A DNA stretch of 64,000 bases from Hydrurus foetidus (lineage: Eukaryota): the NCBI GenBank assembly GCA_900617105.1, contig UYFQ01000373.1, forward strand, positions 62,001 through 126,000, read 5' to 3'. Position 1 is the first letter of the stretch. Each line of letters begins with the position of its first letter. Below, piece after piece: positions 13,122-25,324 of this stretch. The notes under the pieces are model-generated. The model did no database searches and was not told the origin of the DNA. It saw only the letters and a list, made by a program, of their open reading frames with translations. The translations under genes were made by a program, and so were the position numbers.

Positions 13122-14606
13122 TTTAGTTTGCATTAGAGAATCAGTTGAATGTATAGGCCAGAATTTTCTTCTCCGTGTCGTCTATACTCTCCAATTGATG
13201 CAAATCAAGTGGAGAGTCGAAGGAGGGGAGCTGAGCTGCCGACACCTCACCTACAAGACCTGCCACAACTAAAACGCATTTCCGTTTTAATCGTGTTTTG
13301 GGAAACTTTCAAGAAAGATCCTCGGTTTTTTGTGTGACTTTCTGGGATTTTTATTTTTTCATCAGTTGAGTCGAACCGTTCCTTTTTTGAATTTCGCTTT
13401 GCTTCAACGGAGACGAACAGAGAACAGAACAGTTTCAAAATTTCAAATTTCCAGTCAATTTATCTCAAATACCATTACAATACCGTATAGATATTTATAT
13501 AGCTGTGTACAATGTACGGCGTATGTGACGGTCGGTGATCAAGTGAAGATGTAACGGTTTTTCGCATCCTTCCAGGTGCAGATGCCCAGTTTCGACTGAA
13601 AAATTGGTCGCAGATTTTTCACTGTCTGGCCATCCGATGGTGCTGAATTAGTTCAAAACAATCGTAACTTCTTTCCCTTTCACCCGTGTAACTGTTGATC
13701 GTGTTTCTTACTGTTCAAACTTCATACCGTCTCCGACCCTATCATATATTTCCGTGTTCGAAAAATAGCGACTTTTAGCACGTTTTAGGATGTTTAATTG
13801 CAACGCTGCGAGCAACGGCAATCAGAAATCTCCGCACATTGGTTCTATCGATAGCTAGTAGTTGTCCGCATTTCCACCAATTAGATTCTGCCTCGGATGA
13901 AAATGGGGGAGTTGCATGTACTCAAAGTTACGTCCTTCGCCTTTTTGGATGGCATTCTTTCGTTCATCATTAATGAAAATAAAGTTGAGTTATGCCGTAT
14001 CCTTTACAAAATTGCCCTGAATCCGAATCTGCAATTAACTTTCTTCCAAACTGATTATTAAGGGAACTAAAAATGAATCCGTGGCAAATTTTAAAGACCA
14101 TATCCGTGATTTTCAGAGCAAAAAAAGTGGTTTACCAAAAATCCAATAAATAATAGGGTCTGAGAAGATAGTAGAGAAACGCACGAGAACAGCGGTCCTT
14201 TTCAATGAATTCCGCTGTTAAATTCCCCCGAAATGTTTTCTTTTTCAGCTCGGAATAATTTCAATTACACTAATTAGATATTTGCATAAATGATCCGAAA
14301 TCTCTCTACGATAACATTTCAGAAAAAAAATTCAAAATCAATTTCGTCTTAAATGAAGATATTCCACGATTTGAAGTATTCGTACATTTCTGAATGGTAT
14401 AGTTTTTTATATGCTCAATAGTAAAAAATGATTTGTTTTATTTCGATATTCAATTCTTATATTACCCTTACAAATTCCTCATACGGTTTTGAATTAAGCT
14501 ATATTACATGACACCAATTCACCCCACTTATTTTTTTGAAAATTTTAATCTAAATTTAGTACTGAATTCAGCAGCATCATCTCACACAGAATTTTTTAAA
14601 TCGTAT

Positions 14607-17600
14607 TTATTGATCTTTCTTTATGTGTCTGTCCTCCATCGTGTTGGATCCTCCTTTCACATTTTTGCTGGTGATTGAGAAAATGAGTTCAATTATATTA
14701 CGATAAATTGATGATGCTACACTTGAGTTGCAGAACAAAAAAAAAAATGAAAACAGCGTTCTCAGTAACGAACAATAAATCAACGAAAAAGGAAACAAAA
14801 AAATAAGGCAGAGAAGAATCTTAACACGTGATGCAAAAATTATAATTTGCTGTTATTTACCTGTTATTGATGCACAGCCAAACGGAACTGTTACACTTGA
14901 AGCCGGAGCCAAATGCAACCTAAACAAAATAAAATAAATAAACAATATGTTTAGATTGAATAATGTCTTATCCAAAGTTTGACATAAAATTGGCAAAAAG
15001 AATCAACAGTTAGTTACAGACGACATTATTAAAATAAAATAATGGAGCTTGATGTAAAGTTGTCTACAATTATGATACAGGGAATTTCTTCCTCTACCCC
15101 TTTAATCAATCTCGTCTCTTTCTCTTCCCCTCCTTTTGAATACTCTCACTTATTCTTTTACTACATTACACTTATTCTTTTACTCTCACGTTTTTCTATT
15201 TTCTCTACCGTCCCTCATTTCATCTTCATCTCCTCTCTCCTGAACATTACTTTCTTTCTACTTTTATTTCTCTATTTTCATGTCTTCTTTTATTTTTATT
15301 CTTATTATTCATTTTCTATAATTTTTCGTTCTCTTTCTCTCAATCTGGTGTTCTCGATTTTCTTCTTTTCTCTCTCACCTGCATGACTCTGTGTCCGCTG
15401 TTGAGACCCATGTGCGATCGGATGTACGCCATCTCGTACCAAATAGAAGAAGATGACGTATTACCTGAGAAACCACAAAACAAAAAATCCAATTTTTAAT
15501 CGTAGTATAGTCGAAGTAAGAACAAAACACAATTTTGAGAATTTTTTTGAAGCAAATTTGACGAGTAATGAGCCATAGAATTTTTTTAAAGGTTATTTTC
15601 GATTACGAAAATATGACGTACGTATTCGTTTAAACATATCTACAATTATATATCAGCGATTCTTATCTCTCATTCAAAATTTACCTAAAAGGAAATCGCT
15701 GCTCTCCTCATCATCCTGATTTCGTTCAAAATCGTACTCTATTTTACTCTACTCTTTCTATTCTAATCTCTTCACCATTCTGATAAGTGAACGTACGTAC
15801 AACTCACCGTATTTGTACAGCGTGTGTCTGGACGCCTCCACGTGTCGGGGAGTCAGCTGGAGGTTCTTCTCAATTCCGTCAATCACACCACGCCCACCTA
15901 AAAAAAAACGAGAAAAAAAGAGTTAAAACAAATAATAGGTGTATCAAAAATGATATAAAAATGAGATAAATAACTTAATAATACAATGACCTTGATGAGG
16001 TATGAAAAGATGAAAGTAAAAGATGTAAAATTAATGATTAAGAAAATTGGCGATATTTTGTATACAGATGAGAAGATAAAACAATTATGCAACAAATGGA
16101 TTTAAGTGACATACGCAAAGCTTAAGAAATACTCACATAAAAACACAGGGACATCCAAACATGTAGATATTCATTTATATTCATACCTACATACATATAT
16201 ACGTAGATATACAAATACATAAAAACATACGAACAAGCTTACACCCAAATGTACACACATACACTCACACGTACGTACGTACCAGCGTGTATGCAGAAGT
16301 GGTCGATTCCTCTTTTAAAGTCGGGGATGTACGGGTTGATTTTACCAGCATATTTCACTTTCTAAAAAGGAAAAATGAGAGGATAAAGAGGGTAAAATAT
16401 TTGAAAGAATTGTAGAGACCAAGAAAAAAGTATGGTGAGATGAAGGGCAGTATTGTTTAGTGCAGTAAGAAAATTGAAGTTGAATTATGAGAAGCGGAGT
16501 GAAGTATGGCACAGTAAAGAAAGGCGTACGTTACTTTCTATGGAAGGCAGAAACAGAAGAGTAGAGTAAGAAGGGTGAATCAGTTGAAATAAAATAAAGC
16601 AAATATAGTATAATGAAGTACAGAAAAGTGAAGCAAAATGGGGAATGTGAAGTAAAAAATGTAGTGGAATAGAAAGAAAATAAAAGTAAATAATATACGA
16701 CATAAGAGAACGAATAGAGAAGTACAAAGTAGTGTAAAGTGATGAAATAAAAGGTGAAGTAAATGAAGAAAATCAGGACTTAAGAACGAGTGTAAAATAC
16801 TTAATACCAAAGAATGTACGTCCGTACCTTGGCGATGTAACGTACGAGCATGGAGAATCCTGTTTTGACCTAACGGGGAAGTTATTGAAGATTAATTTAA
16901 GCAATCAAATGTAATCTGCAGAATAAGTCTCATTGTTACAACAGTGTAAAGTGTAAATTCTGACTGAATTAGTATTGCATCAATGATACTAGAAGGAATA
17001 GGAGAAAAATAATAGAATAATTAATTACGCTACACATAAAAAAATGAAATGAAGAAAAAAATGGAATCAGGAATCTGAAAGGTCCACGGTCCCACCTGTT
17101 CACCCACGGGGAGAACGTACGGACCGAGGGTTGTAAAGTTTTTCTCCATCGCTCTTCCCGCAACCTTCACAATATCTTGGAAGGATAAAGAATGAAAGAA
17201 AGAAACGGAGTAAAGGAGAAGAAGAGGTGAATAAATTAAGGAAGTAAGGAAGAAAGTAAGGAAGAAAAAAAAAAGAGGGGTGGAAAGAAAAGTGGCAAAC
17301 TTGAAAGAGAGGAAAGGAGAAAAGAATGAATGAATGAATGAAAAAAGAAAACAAAGAAATAGTAAGAAATAAAAAAATAATTACTTTGGAATGCTATCAC
17401 ACATAATTCTATTTTCTCCCTTCCCTTCCTCCCTCGTTTCCAACTCATAACAGATCTGTCTCATTCCGTCCCTCCTTTTACCCTCCACTCCTCCTTCTCC
17501 CTTCCTGCTACATCATCACCTCCATTCCCTTCCTTTTCCTCATATTCTATTTCTTACTTCTTACCTTTGGACAGTCTCACTCCTCTGTGGTTCTCACTGT

Positions 17601-20600
17601 CCTCCGTCTCGAACACACACCCGAACGAATCCTCACTAAGTGTGTTGTGTGGGGTGCATAAGATGAGTTGTGTCGTGTATGTTAGGTGTGTGGGGTACAA
17701 GTGTTGTATTGATTACATGTGATATTTTGTGTGGGGTACTTATTTCTTACAATTAAAGCATAGCTTGTGGGGTATTGAAGTTGTGTGATACGTACCTGGG
17801 GCGCAATGATTTTGAAGGGAAATTATCCAGAGAAGAATAGTCTTAAAAGCAAAGAAGGCCAAGCAAACACAGAAGAAGACAACATACAAACGAACGGACA
17901 GACAGGTGGAGTGTTGCAGCGTAACGTATGTACCTCACGTATTGCGTACGCACGCAGTGTAGCAGTTTGAAGTTGGCTCTGTGAGCATCGGTCCACTTGT
18001 TTGAAAGAATAATCGCTGCACCGCCTGTAGAAAAATAATAATGAAATATTTAGAAAAAGACAGAAAGAAGAAAGAAAGAAAGAAAGAAAGAAAGAAGAGG
18101 AGGGAGAGCAAGAAGAAAGAAAAGTATTAAAGATGAGGATGAAGAAGAGGAGGAAGAAGAAAAAAAGTAGTGGTGAAAAATAAAAAAAAGGTAGAGGAAG
18201 ACAATTGGAAGGAAGGAGAAAAACAGAAGAGTAAAGGAATTCTTTGTTGCGAACTCATTTCTTACCGCATCTAAATAATGTATTTTGCAGCAAAAATCCT
18301 CTTTCGTTTCCGTGGTATAGATTTTGGGTCAAATTTTCGGTCGAAACTAATTGCAAAAAATGGAGAAGTACAAAAACGATATTAAGTGGGTGCGGGTGCT
18401 AATGTGACAGTACTGCAGTTCCCTACAAGAAGAATGGAAAGTTAGTTGAAATGTATTCTTTCAGGGTACATCAGAAACGATCAAATAAGTCATAAAGTTC
18501 CCTTTCAATTCTGCACTGTTTTATGATACATTTGATTCTTTTTACCGATAAGAGCTGTAGAGTTTGGTTTAGCAGCGAGCAGATTTTTGACCAATTCAAC
18601 GGAAATTAAACCAGCAGAACAACCCTGAAAAAAGTGGAAAGAATTAAAGAAAAAAAGAATTAAAGAAAAAAAGAATTAAAGAAAAAAAGAATTAAAGAAA
18701 AAAAGTATTAAAGAAAAAAGAATTAAAGAAATAAAGAAAAGAGGAAGAAACAGAAAATAGTCTATAATACAAATAACTCGTGACACTTACTGCGTTTACA
18801 ATACTCCGAGAGACTTTTTTGTAAAAAAAAATGGAAGGCAAATGAGGGGGAAAAAAGGAAAATTCGAACGTGGTGCATGAAAATGACGAAACGGAATAAA
18901 TTGAAATCAAGATGGTAAGAAACGAATGAATAAAGAGCACTTTATTGCAAATAGCACCAAATTTAGAAGTGCCGCACGCATGCACGTACGCACGTACCAT
19001 GCCCGCCAAGTTGTACGAACTGACGTCTGTTCTCATTCCGAATTCGTTGATGACCTATAGGGATGAATAAAATGAATAGAAAAAGTAAATGAATGCGTAC
19101 ACATTTTCTTCATACTGTAAATGTCGTGATACCCCATAACATCACATTCATGTTGTATACTTCCCCGCATGGAAGTGATATCATACCACACAACACATTT
19201 TCAACCGTCACATACTTGTTATGTCTTGTATCACACTTAATAACACATTACAGCCACTACATTATACATAATAACACTTTCCGCTACATAGCAATTTACA
19301 TTTAGTTATATATTCAATTTCAAATTTTCTATTATATTGGACTAATTATATCACATAGTAATGCAATTCTTAAATAATTCTTTATTTATGTAAGTTTTTC
19401 ATTTCGAACAATTCTTCCTCACCATTGAACACAGGGAGGGCGTGGGCGAAAAGAGGGAGCAGTTCACGACTAAGATGTCGATGGACTTTGGGTCGGTTCC
19501 GGTTTTTTTCAAAGCATTTCGCACACAGTCGTATATAACAATCTGAAAAAAAAGATGTAAGGTGAAAAATTAGATGAGGAATTTGTCTGCGAATATTTCT
19601 TATTGAAGAATCCAAAAAAATAAAAAAATGCGCAATAGAATGGTGCACATACATATAAATGAAAAATACACATTGATTGTATAATGCTACGTAATTAGTA
19701 TTTACCTCGCTTTCTTTTCTCGCTGCTTCGGCAGAACGATCCGCCTTCTTGCCTAAGGAAAAAAATGGAAGAAAAATTTAATAAATTAAAAAACCGAATT
19801 ATCATAAATAAAGATTCATGGATAAATGTAAGTACAAAAATCGAAATATCTAAAAATTGTAGAACGTATTCTTACGGAGTATGAATACACTATAAGAATC
19901 AACATTAGATCAATAATACCAAATTTAATAGTGCTTTAATCTTAATTAATAATTGAATTTAAAATTGGATATTGAATATTTATGGACCGTCAATTTGTAA
20001 CATTGAAAAATCGAATAATAAGAGAGAAATATTTAGAGAGAAATAACAAGAGAATCGAAAGTGAGGAAACATAAAAAGTTCCAAAAAGTGGTAAATGTTC
20101 CACAAAAAATAACACAAAAAAATAACAGAATAATTTGCATTTGAAGTGTGAATCTTTTGAAAATGTGCACAACATGATGTATGTAGAAATAGAAAATGTA
20201 GATTAATAAAGTATGTTCCCTGTACCTTGTAGGCACTGTGTGATTCCAGGTGGCCAAGCTGTGCTGTTGCCCACACCAGATTGCATTAACATTCTACCAA
20301 ATAGTGACAATGCGTTTTTTGTTGTTAAGTTATATTGGTAGTGTACTAAATAGTGGAAGTTTATTGTTGTCAAGTTATATAGTAGTTCTTTCACGCTGTT
20401 ATATTCTTATTGATGAAATGCAGCAGATAAGGATTAACCCCATACCAAAAAACATGAGTAAATTTCATTCTTTTACAAATGTGTACATAATTAAGAGAAT
20501 GAATAAAACAATAAGTAATTGAATAAATAAATAAAAAAATAATAATTAAACAAATAAAATCCATGAAGTAAACGAAGACAATGTCACGAAAAAGAAGTGG

Positions 20601-21759
20601 TAGACAAACAACAGAATGAATGGGACAGAGGTGAAGGGACTAATAAAAACACAGATAGAGAGTCACGATACGTACGTACTACTACCGAACAACAGATGTA
20701 CCACAGAATGAAATGCAATAAAACAAAAGAACATGCTTTACCTGTTGAGAAAGTCTAAGGAATCTTTCGTGAAGCATTCTTGCTTGTCCATAATAACCAT
20801 CAATTGTTCGTGTGATAATTTCCAACTTTCAGGGGGCTCGAAGACCGCAAAATCGATTAAATAGACGGGTTTGTCACGATTGCTGAGATACCAAATAACA
20901 AGAGCCAAAATCGCCATGGACTTCCATCCCAAATCGAATGCTAGCGGTTTGTGAAGTTCAATCACGGAGATTTCTGAGGAGAGAAATGCTGTCACATCGA
21001 ATCGATGATCGTACAGCGTACGTACTACTTGTACGGACAGAATTCCGACCACTACAAACCACAGGATCGGAAGGTAAACACCTGCTACGCTCACCCAGTC
21101 GACTAGACTCAGGAGGCGCGATTTAGAAACCTACAGAATTAAGTGGTTGTGTCAAGTGATGTAGGTTTTTGGGGTCAATGTATGTGTTATCTCGTAAGAT
21201 GAGGTTGTTACTTCACATAACGATTATGGAAGTTTTCTTTCTTAGACACACAGTGCCTTAAATTTATACATCCTACATGACGATCATTTATTGACGTAGC
21301 GGTCGAATCGGTTTGGTTTCATCACGTACTTGTAGAGTAGTGCCAAATATGATTTGATATGCCTCGCGCATTCCCAATATGAATTGCGAGTTACAAAGTA
21401 CATGAAATCAACTATTGCTCTACCGCTCAATGATGCGGAGCTAATCTACGATGCAATCCCCACGGCAAAGCACACAGTAAAGAGTGACATTAGATATGGC
21501 TGCGATCTTAAGATAACTGAAGCATCGTAGGATTGACCAAACTACCCTCAGTCTCCTCCCTCACTGACACCAAAATACATGTCAGTAGGCTAATGAAGCC
21601 AAAGTCTAGGCAAATTTCACAATGACTCTCCTGTGAGTTGCCAAGTCAGAACAAATCAATCATCGACATCCTTACATTGTAGATCTTTTTGCCTTCTTTG
21701 GTCTCCTGAAAATCGTTAAGTTCACTTGCAGTACTGTCAACTCTAGGAATTGTAGCCAT
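14607..21759 (-). CDS. KCS: FAE1/KCS-type very-long-chain 3-ketoacyl-CoA synthase, ~17 exons
   Basis: Spliced exons give N-terminal TM segments, 'PVYLIDFAVFEPP', 'IDILVVNCSLFSPTPSLCSM', the catalytic Cys in 'YNLAGMGCSAGLISV', 'VSTENLTQNLY', 'NTLFRCGGAAIILSN', the His in 'DHFCIHAGGRGVID', the Asn in 'YGNTSSSSIWYE', and 'QVAFGSGFKCNSSVW'. First exon 21676-21759, last exon 14607-14667. Confidence 0.93.
18639..18731. repeat. Tandem ~16-bp minisatellite (AAGAATTAAAGAAAAA)n in a KCS intron
   Basis: About 6 consecutive units read directly. On the sense (minus) strand it forms the pyrimidine tract of the acceptor near 18626. Confidence 0.85.
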
Positions 21760-23112
21760 TTTGCAAAGCTATAGCTGTATTATGGTCAAGTGTAAGACTA
21801 GTTTTCAGTGCTCGAATTCTTTTGTGGAAGTCCATAAAAAGAGGCGTATTCTGGATTTCATATTTAAAAGCTTCGTTCAATACGTATCCTCACCTTGTGA
21901 TTCAGCCGGACTGTACGGCTCTAGAGTGGTTACAAATGTCTCCTCCTCTTTGGCTGCCGATGTAAAGTCTTCACAGTGTAAAGACTTTAACTGAGTACAC
22001 GTTGAAGCAATTGCTGAGCCTTTTGTTGGCTCGATTGATTGCCACTTGCCAAGAAAGTGGAAGTGCGTGCATGGTAGATATCCAAATTGAATCAGCAATT
22101 TCAATGAAATTGCATCTAATTTTAGGCTTTATTCCGATATTATTGAAGTTGGATCCCCCGAGGAAGAAGCAAAAGACTTTGCATGAACTGCGAATCAAAT
22201 CAGATTGATTATTAGAGTGATCTGTCATTAGATCTATCATTATTAGAGTTTATTGCTTGAATGCAATCTAATTAATAATGACAATATCGAAATCGTGCGT
22301 ACTGTTATTTGTACAATCTGTCGTTCTGTTCTACACCTTCCGATACTCAAGAATTAGAATACATCTTCCGAAAATAGAATTCTGTCAACGCTTTTAGTTC
22401 TGTGAACGTTTATAAAAATGAACGTTCTTAATTCTAGCAACAATCTGCGAAATCGGTAAGCGAGGCAACTAATCAATTAGTATCGACTTTTCTTCTGTTC
22501 TCGCATACGATGAGCAGTAAGTTGGAGGAGTTGATAAACTTAACTCGCCTTAAAGTGCAGCAATATTCATCTTACGACTAAAAGATTCGTACGGTAAGGC
22601 AGTGAAATAAATTCTATCAGATGAAATCTTTCAGACCTATGACAATGTTTGATAAGAAAGAGAAATTGATATTGTAGTGTAACAATCTTTCATTGGTCGA
22701 TGAAATGCCTGCTCATCAGCGGAGTACTGTAATTTGACAATTAAGCCGAACCTGGAAATCAAAGTTGAGAATGAAATTCACTGCTCATCTGGGTGACACA
22801 GAAAAAAAAATACCGTGGGTACGGTGTTCGGTGTTCATTACAGATTACAGATTACCGTTTTACGGTTTGCTGTGCACTTGTTCAAGATCTTGGGATCGAT
22901 CTTCATAGAGTGTTCAAGTAGTGAGAAGTTAGTGAGTCACTTGAGTTATAAAATACTATCCAGCTCAGATATCGCTCATTCATGCGCCACCTCATTATGC
23001 TACAGTTGTAATCTGAAAATACAAGCAGTGCTATATCAATCATACTCACAGCCCTACATCCGCTCGAGCGGAAGAACATCCACATCTTGTGAGCTTAGAA
23101 GTGTTGTTCACC

Positions 23113-24196
23113 ATGGAGAACGCAAGCGTAGTTGTAACGAGTTTCGCTGTGGGTGCCTTAGTAATCGCTATCGCAGGATACCTTTTTGCTGCTCTACAGC
23201 CGAACAAGAATCGTGAGATGGACACAGTGAGCACGAACCCACGGAGCGCAGCGAAGAATCGAGAAATTAAAAATTATACGAAGGAAGAAGTAGCTAAGCA
23301 TGCCACAGAAAAAGATGCATGGATAATCGTAGATGGAAAGGTCTACGACATCACTGATTACGATATTCATCCAGGTGCAGATCTCACCTTGATTTCTCAT
23401 AGTGCTCATTTCATTTCTTGTCATGCGTCCGGACAAGAGTTACTACTGCGTAAGCAGACATATTTACATCATGCATTATTTCACTCTGAGCTTGTCTGGC
23501 ATATTACACCTCAACGTATCGAGAATCGATTACGCAATCGTGGTATGATGTATACAGAGAAATCTAATATTTATTGCCGTTTTTAAAAACTATTTCATTC
23601 AGGTGGAGATGCCATCCTGAGAAACGTGGGAGGTGAGATTTCAACATTTTTCATTTCTGGTTCCTTCAGTGATTGGGCTTCCTGTACGGGAGTTTTGTTT
23701 GGGCGTTTCCGTTTGCTTTTCCTGCTCATCAGGAGAATGTCTCCGCAGTATTAAGTTCATGAAGCACTTCTGATTTAGTATTAAGCTGATACTATCGGAG
23801 ACGTTCTTCTATTTCAGATTATTTGCTGCTGTATCCTATTTGTAAATGTCAGTTACTTATGACAGAACGGATTACAAGTTGTACATGTCTTACTATGGTT
23901 TGGCTACTCAAATCAGATTTTCTTTACCTCCTGAGAAACTGTCGCCTTGTGATTTTTTAAAACCTTATTTTCGTTCTGGAAAGATATTCATCGCTGCGAC
24001 TTGTATCCACGACAATGATTCCAAATTTAAAATGGAATCAAGAAGTAGATTTCCATCACGTTTCACGCTCATTTATTTCTATTTTTTATACTATATTCTA
24101 GGAGATTCCAGTATTGGGTTCCACGGTCCACAACATCCACCGTCCGTATGGGATGTCATGAGAGAATTTCACATCGGTGAACTAATAGAGTCATAA
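23113..24196 (+). CDS. Cytochrome b5-like heme-binding protein with N-terminal membrane anchor
   Basis: Exons 23113-23374, 23603-23632, 24102-24196. N-terminal hydrophobic helix, then '[29 protein letters not shown]', the heme-ligand motif 'HPGG' formed across the first splice, and '[14 protein letters not shown]...MREFHIGEL'. Confidence 0.9.
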
Positions 24197-25324
24197 AGAA
24201 TGGAATTCACAAATTTACGGATTTATGTTTCTTTGGATTGTTATGGAAAACAGATAGCAAATATTCGGGAAGAAAAGTGAATAAAAAAAGATGGAAAAAA
24301 GAGATAAGAACAGTATAGAGACAGATAAGAAGATTACTGAGAGTACACTGTGAAGTTCGTAGTATAGCGATAAGAAAGGAAGCAAGACAACTCTAAATCT
24401 CTTTGCAGATTAGGATGATAAGTAAAAAATGTGCCCAGACAGACTGTCCTACTAAATGACGATATTTGAAATTAGAAAATAAAGTAAAAACTGGGTGGCA
24501 AAGCTAATACACACGCATCCTCTTAGTTCCAGTTCTTTCCCTCCAACTCAGCTGATGTTCATATTTTATCTCAACAATTTCTAATCCAACTTTTATCTTA
24601 TCTTAGTTGTGTATTTATTGTCATTATATGTCCATGTTGAAAGTCCATGTAACTAAGGAAATACAATTGTTAAAAAAATCTGTTCAAAATAAAATTGAAA
24701 TTGTCGTCAAGGAATGGAAGTTGCCTACATTATCGAGTTGTAACTTTTCCAACGGACATACTTGATTTTCACATATTTGCACGGATTTCTGGGGAGTGAG
24801 TGGAGAACTGTGTTTTGCGTAATGGCACTGAAGTTTACGGATGTGATGTTCAATTACGTTGCACTCATTTCATTTCTTTTGTTTAGCAGTATTCAAATTA
24901 TTTACAAGAATGAAAACATGTAAATCATCTTATTACGTGCATCGTATGTAGCGTATGGCAAGCTGTGGTGATGTACACATACGTCAAAAAATACCCTCCG
25001 CAAATTATCTTTCCGCTGTTTTCTCCGCGATATGGAATTACCGATTTCTGCCACACTATTTACTCTCATTAATAATTTCTTTCTTTTCAAAAAATTATTT
25101 CCATTTTAGATTTCATTTCCTTTTTTTCTTGTAAAAGTTGAAAAAACATTTTAAACAAAAAAAATGTTGAAGGAAAAATTCGAGCATCTTAAAAACCCCA
25201 TTTTCTTTCCCAATTTTATGTATATGATCTGTCAAAATGAAGGCTAATATATTCAAAATATCAATGCGAATATTGCTTACACATTAATTTTTTTGTCATT
25301 TTGAGAAATGTTGCTATGTACTGT

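Noticed and set aside
17640..17790. Four spaced TGTGGGGT motifs, superficially like a repeat-spacer array
   Set aside because: The repeat is only ~8-9 bp with irregular spacing, inside a eukaryotic intron, with no cas genes. Not CRISPR.
21761..22240. Overlapping 68-89-aa ORFs upstream of KCS
   Set aside because: No recognisable domain or splice-linked continuation; probably 5' UTR or promoter sequence.
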